40,003 nt of DNA from Cytophagales bacterium (lineage in GTDB: Bacteria; Bacteroidota; Bacteroidia; Cytophagales; ES-bin-26). The stretch is taken from contig JACMKY010000379.1 in NCBI GenBank assembly GCA_014379925.1, forward strand, positions 1-40,003. The letters are read 5' to 3'. Positions 35,726 to 40,003 of the stretch are shown piece after piece; position 1 is the stretch's first letter; the number at the start of each line of letters is the position of its first letter. Under the pieces are notes generated by a model. It searched no databases. It had not been told where the DNA came from and worked only from the letters and a program-made list of their open reading frames with translations. The translations under genes and the position numbers were made by a program.

Positions 35726-38700
35726 TTATCCAAGTACCGCGTTGAGGATTTCGAAAGCCTGCCGGATGGAGTTTACTTCCCCAAACACCACCAGTGGCTT
35801 TCCTTTTACTTCCTTGAGAACGGCTTTTTTGGGATGCTTTTGCAAATACTGCAACACCTTTCCGAACTGCTCGGACTTGAAGTACGCTTCGTTGGTACCC
35901 GAAACAAAGTAGCCTTTTAAAGTATCGTTCTTCAAGGTTAGTTTCTCGAAGCCGATCGCTTCCGCTCGCCAACGCAGCTTCACGGTTTCGATCAGTTCCG
36001 TTACCTCGCCGGGCAAAGGTCCAAAACGGTCCACCAGTGCACTTTTGAACCTATCTAACGACTCTTCATCCTTGATATTGTCGAGCTTGGAATAAAGGCT
36101 CAGCCGTTCCGAAACGTTGGATACGTACTGCTCGGGAATCAGGATCTGGAGGTCGGTTTCGACCACGCAATCGGGCACCGCCGCCCGGACGGAAATTTCT
36201 TTCTCGAACAATTCCTTGAATTCGTTCTCTTTCAATTCCTGCACGGCCTCGTCCAGGACTTTGTGGTACATATCAAAGCCCAGGTCGGAAATGAACCCGC
36301 TCTGCTCGGCTCCCAGCAGGTTGCCCGCCCCGCGGATATCCAGGTCGCGCATCGCCACCTTGAAGCCATCACCCAGGTCCGTAAATTCTTCCAGGGTGCT
36401 CAGGCGCTTGCGGGCGTCGGTCGAAAGCACGGAGGTGGGCGGCGTAAGCAGGTAGCAGTAGGCCTTCTTGTTGGAGCGTCCCACCCGTCCCCGCATCTGG
36501 TGCAGATCCGACAGCCCGAACATGTGCGCCCGGTTGATGAGGATGGTGTTGGCGTTGGGAATGTCCAGGCCCGACTCGATGATGTTGGTCGAAACCAGCA
36601 CGTCGTACTCTCCCTCGATGAATTTCATCATGGCCTTCTCCAGCTTGGCTCCCTCCATTTGTCCGTGGGCGATGCCAATGCGGGCGTCGGGCACCAGCCG
36701 TAGCACCATGTTTCCGATTTCAATGATGTCTTCGATCCGGTTGTGCACGAAGAAAACCTGGCCGCCCCGTCGCAACTCCGCGCTGACGGCGTCGCGGATA
36801 ATGGCTTCGTCGAACACGTGTAACTCGGTGGTCACGGGCTGGCGGTTGGGCGGCGGCGTGGCAATCACGGACAGGTCGCGCGCGCCCATCAGGGAAAAGT
36901 GGAGGGTCCGCGGAATGGGCGTGGCCGTCAGGGTAAGCGCATCGACGTTGACCCGCATCTCCTTGAGGCGCTCCTTGGTTTTTACCCCGAACTTCTGTTC
37001 CTCGTCCACAATCATCAAACCCAGGTCCTTGAACTTGACGTCCTTGCTCACGATGCGGTGCGTGCCGATGAGAACATCCGTGTGGCCCTTCTCCACGCGC
37101 TGCAAGGTTTCCTTGATTTGCTGGGTAGTTTTGAAGCGGTTGATGTATTCCACCTTGCAGGGGAATTTTTCCAGCCGATCCTTGAAGGTCTTGTAATGCT
37201 GCATGGCCAGGATGGTGGTCGGCACGAGGACGGCCACCTGCTTGCTGTCGTTGATGGCTTTGAACGCCGCCCGAATGGCCACCTCCGTTTTGCCGAAGCC
37301 CACGTCGCCGCAAACGAGCCGGTCCATCGGGTGGGCTTGCTCCATGTCCACCTTGACGTCAGCGGTCGCCTTGGCCTGATCCGGCGTATCCTCGTAGATA
37401 AAAGAAGATTCCAGTTCGGCTTGCATGAAGCTGTCCCTGGAGAAGGCAAAGCCGGGTGCCGCCCGCCGCTTGGCGTAGAGCGTGATGAGTTCCTTGGCAA
37501 TGTCCTTAACCTGCTTCTTGGCCCGCGACTTTTTGGCTTCCCAATCCGACGAACCCAGCTTGTTCATCTGCGGCGGACCACCCTCCTTGCCGCTGTACTT
37601 GGCGATCTTGTGCAGCGAAAGAATGCTCACGTACAGCAAATCGTCGTCGCGGTATACCAGCCGAATGGCTTCCTGTTCGCGCCCGTTGACCTCGATCTTT
37701 TCCAGCCCCGCAAAACGGCCGATGCCGTAGTCGATGTGGGTCACGTAGTCGCCGGGCTGCAAGTTTCGCAGCTCCTTGAGGGTGAGCGCCTTCGACTTGG
37801 CAAATTTCTGACGGGACTTGTACTGGTGAAAACGGTCGAAAATCTGGTGGTCCGTATAGCAGGCCAGTTTCAGCTGTTCGTCCACGAAGCCTTCGCGGAA
37901 AGCAATTTCCAGCGGCTGGAAACGCATATTGGGATCCAGTTCATCGAAAATGGTACTGAGCCGCTCGAACTGTTTCGACGAATCGGCCACCAGCACGTTG
38001 GTGATGCCGTGGGTCTGGTTGTCTTGCAGGTTTTCGATGAGCCGGTTAAAATCCTTGTTGAAGGAAGGTTGGGGTCGGGACTGGTAAGTGAGCTTTTCCT
38101 CCGTCTTGAAGTAAAACCGTTTGCCGAACTCCACAGTAGTAAATGCCTTGATCTGATCCAGGAAATCCCGCCGGGTTTCGTACAACTCCGCCGGGCTGGT
38201 AATCACCTGCGTATTGCCGCTCTGATCGAGGATACCCTGGAAGCTCAGTTCGGCTTTCTCGTAGTACTTCTGAACCACGTCGAGGGTCAGGTCCACGTCC
38301 TTCAGCCAAAGCAGCGCGTCTTCGGGGAAAAACTCCAGGAATGCCTGCCGCGTTTCGTGCAACAACCGGGTTTGCACGTTGGGCACGATGGCCACTGTTT
38401 TGACGCTTTCCAGGGAAAGTTGGTTCAACGGATTAAACGTGCGGATGCTCTCAATCTCATCCCCGAAGAACTCGACCCGGTACGGATATTCGTTAGCGTA
38501 GGAGAAGACATCCACGATGCCCCCGCGCACGGAAAACTGACCCGCTTCGTAGACAAAATCCGTTTTTTCGAACTCATAACCCAGCAGGAGTTCGGTCAGG
38601 AAGTCCGTATCCACCCGCTCCCCTACCCGGGCCGAAAACGTATTTTCGCGCAACGAACGCCGGTTGATTACCTTTTCGGTCAGGGCATCGGCGTACGTGA

Positions 38701-39070
38701 CGACGAGAACCGGGCCCGCGTTCTTTTGGTTGAGGCCGTTCAGCACTTCGGCCCGCATCAGCACGTTGGCGTTGTCGATTTCCTCTACCTGGTAGGGCTT
38801 CTTGTAAGAGGCGGGAAACAGCATCACTTCTTTGTCAACCAGCAAGTTGTGCAGGTCGTTCTGAAAGTAAGCCGCCTCGTCCTTGTCGTGCAGAACGAAC
38901 AGGCAACTGCGGGGATGAATTTGGTGTACGGCGGCAGCCAGCACCGCGTCCAGGCTCCCAACCAATCCTTTCAATTGAATTCGATGCGGAGAGGCTCGTC
39001 CGATCTGACCGGCAATGGTTTGAACCAAGCTGTCTTCCTGATACAACTTTAAAAACTCTTTTACTTTCAA
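35726..39070 (-). CDS. mfd: Transcription-repair coupling factor Mfd
   Basis: UvrB-like N-terminus (FSVRGGIVDVF), RNAP-interacting domain (GDYVTHIDYGIGRF), DRLVCGDVGFGKTE, DEEQKFG, TATPIPRTL, RDLDIRGAGNLLG; probable TTG start at 39070. Confidence 0.97.
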   Translation of the reverse strand: MKVKEFLKLYQEDSLVQTIAGQIGRASPHRIQLKGLVGSLDAVLAAAVHQIHPRSCLFVLHDKDEAAYFQNDLHNLLVDKEVMLFPASYKKPYQVEEIDNANVLMRAEVLNGLNQKNAGPVLVVTYADALTEKVINRRSLRENTFSARVGERVDTDFLTELLLGYEFEKTDFVYEAGQFSVRGGIVDVFSYANEYPYRVEFFGDEIESIRTFNPLNQLSLESVKTVAIVPNVQTRLLHETRQAFLEFFPEDALLWLKDVDLTLDVVQKYYEKAELSFQGILDQSGNTQVITSPAELYETRRDFLDQIKAFTTVEFGKRFYFKTEEKLTYQSRPQPSFNKDFNRLIENLQDNQTHGITNVLVADSSKQFERLSTIFDELDPNMRFQPLEIAFREGFVDEQLKLACYTDHQIFDRFHQYKSRQKFAKSKALTLKELRNLQPGDYVTHIDYGIGRFAGLEKIEVNGREQEAIRLVYRDDDLLYVSILSLHKIAKYSGKEGGPPQMNKLGSSDWEAKKSRAKKQVKDIAKELITLYAKRRAAPGFAFSRDSFMQAELESSFIYEDTPDQAKATADVKVDMEQAHPMDRLVCGDVGFGKTEVAIRAAFKAINDSKQVAVLVPTTILAMQHYKTFKDRLEKFPCKVEYINRFKTTQQIKETLQRVEKGHTDVLIGTHRIVSKDVKFKDLGLMIVDEEQKFGVKTKERLKEMRVNVDALTLTATPIPRTLHFSLMGARDLSVIATPPPNRQPVTTELHVFDEAIIRDAVSAELRRGGQVFFVHNRIEDIIEIGNMVLRLVPDARIGIAHGQMEGAKLEKAMMKFIEGEYDVLVSTNIIESGLDIPNANTILINRAHMFGLSDLHQMRGRVGRSNKKAYCYLLTPPTSVLSTDARKRLSTLEEFTDLGDGFKVAMRDLDIRGAGNLLGAEQSGFISDLGFDMYHKVLDEAVQELKENEFKELFEKEISVRAAVPDCVVETDLQILIPEQYVSNVSERLSLYSKLDNIKDEESLDRFKSALVDRFGPLPGEVTELIETVKLRWRAEAIGFEKLTLKNDTLKGYFVSGTNEAYFKSEQFGKVLQYLQKHPKKAVLKEVKGKPLVVFGEVNSIRQAFEILNAVLG

Positions 39071-39097
39071 AGGGGAAAAGAAGAGTGGGTAAGGCCG

Positions 39098-39105
39098 CAA
39101 AATTA
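39098..39105 (-). promoter_or_regulatory. Bacteroidota housekeeping-sigma -7 promoter element upstream of mfd
   Basis: TAATTTTG on the minus strand matches the TAnnTTTG consensus, 28 bp upstream of the probable start. Confidence 0.55.
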
Positions 39106-39233
39106 CGGCAAAACGAGTTCTCCGAAGGGAATTCCCGGGGATGAAATTGCTAAATGGTGGGGGATTGAAGACCGCGTACGGGCAAAAGGAAAGTTATTCT
39201 GCCGGCAAGGAAGGGTGAGCAACCAGCGACGTG

Positions 39234-40003
39234 TTACTTCAACAAGGTATACACGCCCCACGCCGACAGGTAGGCCAGCGCCGTCATGTAGACGAGTTGG
39301 ATCAAGGGCCAGCGCCAGCCGTTGGTTTCGCGGTAAACCACGGCCACCGTGCTCATGCACTGCATCGCAAACGCGTAGAAAATGAGCAGGGAAAAGGCCA
39401 GCGCCGGCGTGTACATCGGCCCGCCCGTGCGGGGGTTCACCTCCTTGCGCATGCGCTCCTTGATGGTGGCCGCATCGTCGGCATCCCCGCCGAGGCTGTA
39501 GATGGTGGACACCGTACCCACGAATACTTCGCGGGCGGCAAAGGAAGTGATCAGCGCAATGCCAATTTTCCAGTCGTAGCCCAGCGGCCGGATCACGGGC
39601 TCGATGAACTTGCCGAAGTGGCCGGCGTAGGAGTTTTCCAGCTTTTGGGCGGCAATCCGGTTTTCCAGCGCCGACCCGCTCAACGCGGGGTTTGCCCGTC
39701 GCGCACCCGCCTCCGCCCGTTGCATCGCGTCGCCGGGTCCGTAGGAGGCCAGCACCCACAACACGATGGAAATGGCCACGATTACCTTGCCCGCCTCGAA
39801 AACGAAAGCCTTCACCTTCTCGAAAATGGTCAGCCCCACGTGATCCCAACGGGGCATCTTGTACGTAGGTAATTCCATGATGAAGTAGCTCTTCTCCCGG
39901 GCTTTCAGGATGATTTTCATCAGCCAGGCGGAAAACAGCGCGGCCAGGAAGCCCAACAGGTACAGCCCCATCAGGGCAACTCCCTGCAGGTTGAGAAACC
40001 CGA
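39234..40003 (-). CDS. feoB: Ferrous iron transport protein B, C-terminal part (5' end lies outside the window)
   Basis: FIMELPTY, AGKVI, PLGYDWKIGIALITSFAAREVFV, FYAFAMQCMSTVAVVYRET. Confidence 0.93.
   Translation of the reverse strand, partial: GFLNLQGVALMGLYLLGFLAALFSAWLMKIILKAREKSYFIMELPTYKMPRWDHVGLTIFEKVKAFVFEAGKVIVAISIVLWVLASYGPGDAMQRAEAGARRANPALSGSALENRIAAQKLENSYAGHFGKFIEPVIRPLGYDWKIGIALITSFAAREVFVGTVSTIYSLGGDADDAATIKERMRKEVNPRTGGPMYTPALAFSLLIFYAFAMQCMSTVAVVYRETNGWRWPLIQLVYMTALAYLSAWGVYTLLK

Noticed and set aside
36899-39052. 717-aa plus-strand ORF opposite mfd
   Set aside because: Antisense shadow ORF; the sequence is fully explained by mfd.

Overview
This is a core-chromosome region of a Bacteroidota bacterium, most likely Cytophagales (inferred from gldD, gldJ and protein style). 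It appears to contain the replication origin. An intergenic DnaA-box array at about 21.5-21.9 kb includes a tandem-box/GC-spacer/DnaA-trio unwinding module. A second, separate DnaA-box cluster lies about 13 kb away at 8.35-8.45 kb, and two parS sites lie just upstream of mnmG (gidA). The genes are mostly housekeeping: gltX (one-base frameshift in a C run, probably an assembly error), recG, mfd, mnmG, ybeY, gldD, gldJ, comF and a partial feoB. There is also a MarR-headed fatty-acid beta-oxidation cluster with fadD, and several conserved uncharacterised envelope proteins (TPR, Ig-like lipoprotein, DUF4175-like coiled-coil protein, orphan peptide-binding lipoprotein). I found no mobile elements, CRISPR arrays, rRNA or tRNA genes, and no clearly new defence or biosynthetic system. 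The best leads are non-coding: the origin architecture, the satellite DnaA-box cluster, and the lower-GC domain around oriC/parS. The DUF4175/RsbW-like/ybeY/mnmG gene string is also worth a look. All family assignments come from motif recognition by eye, not from database searches.
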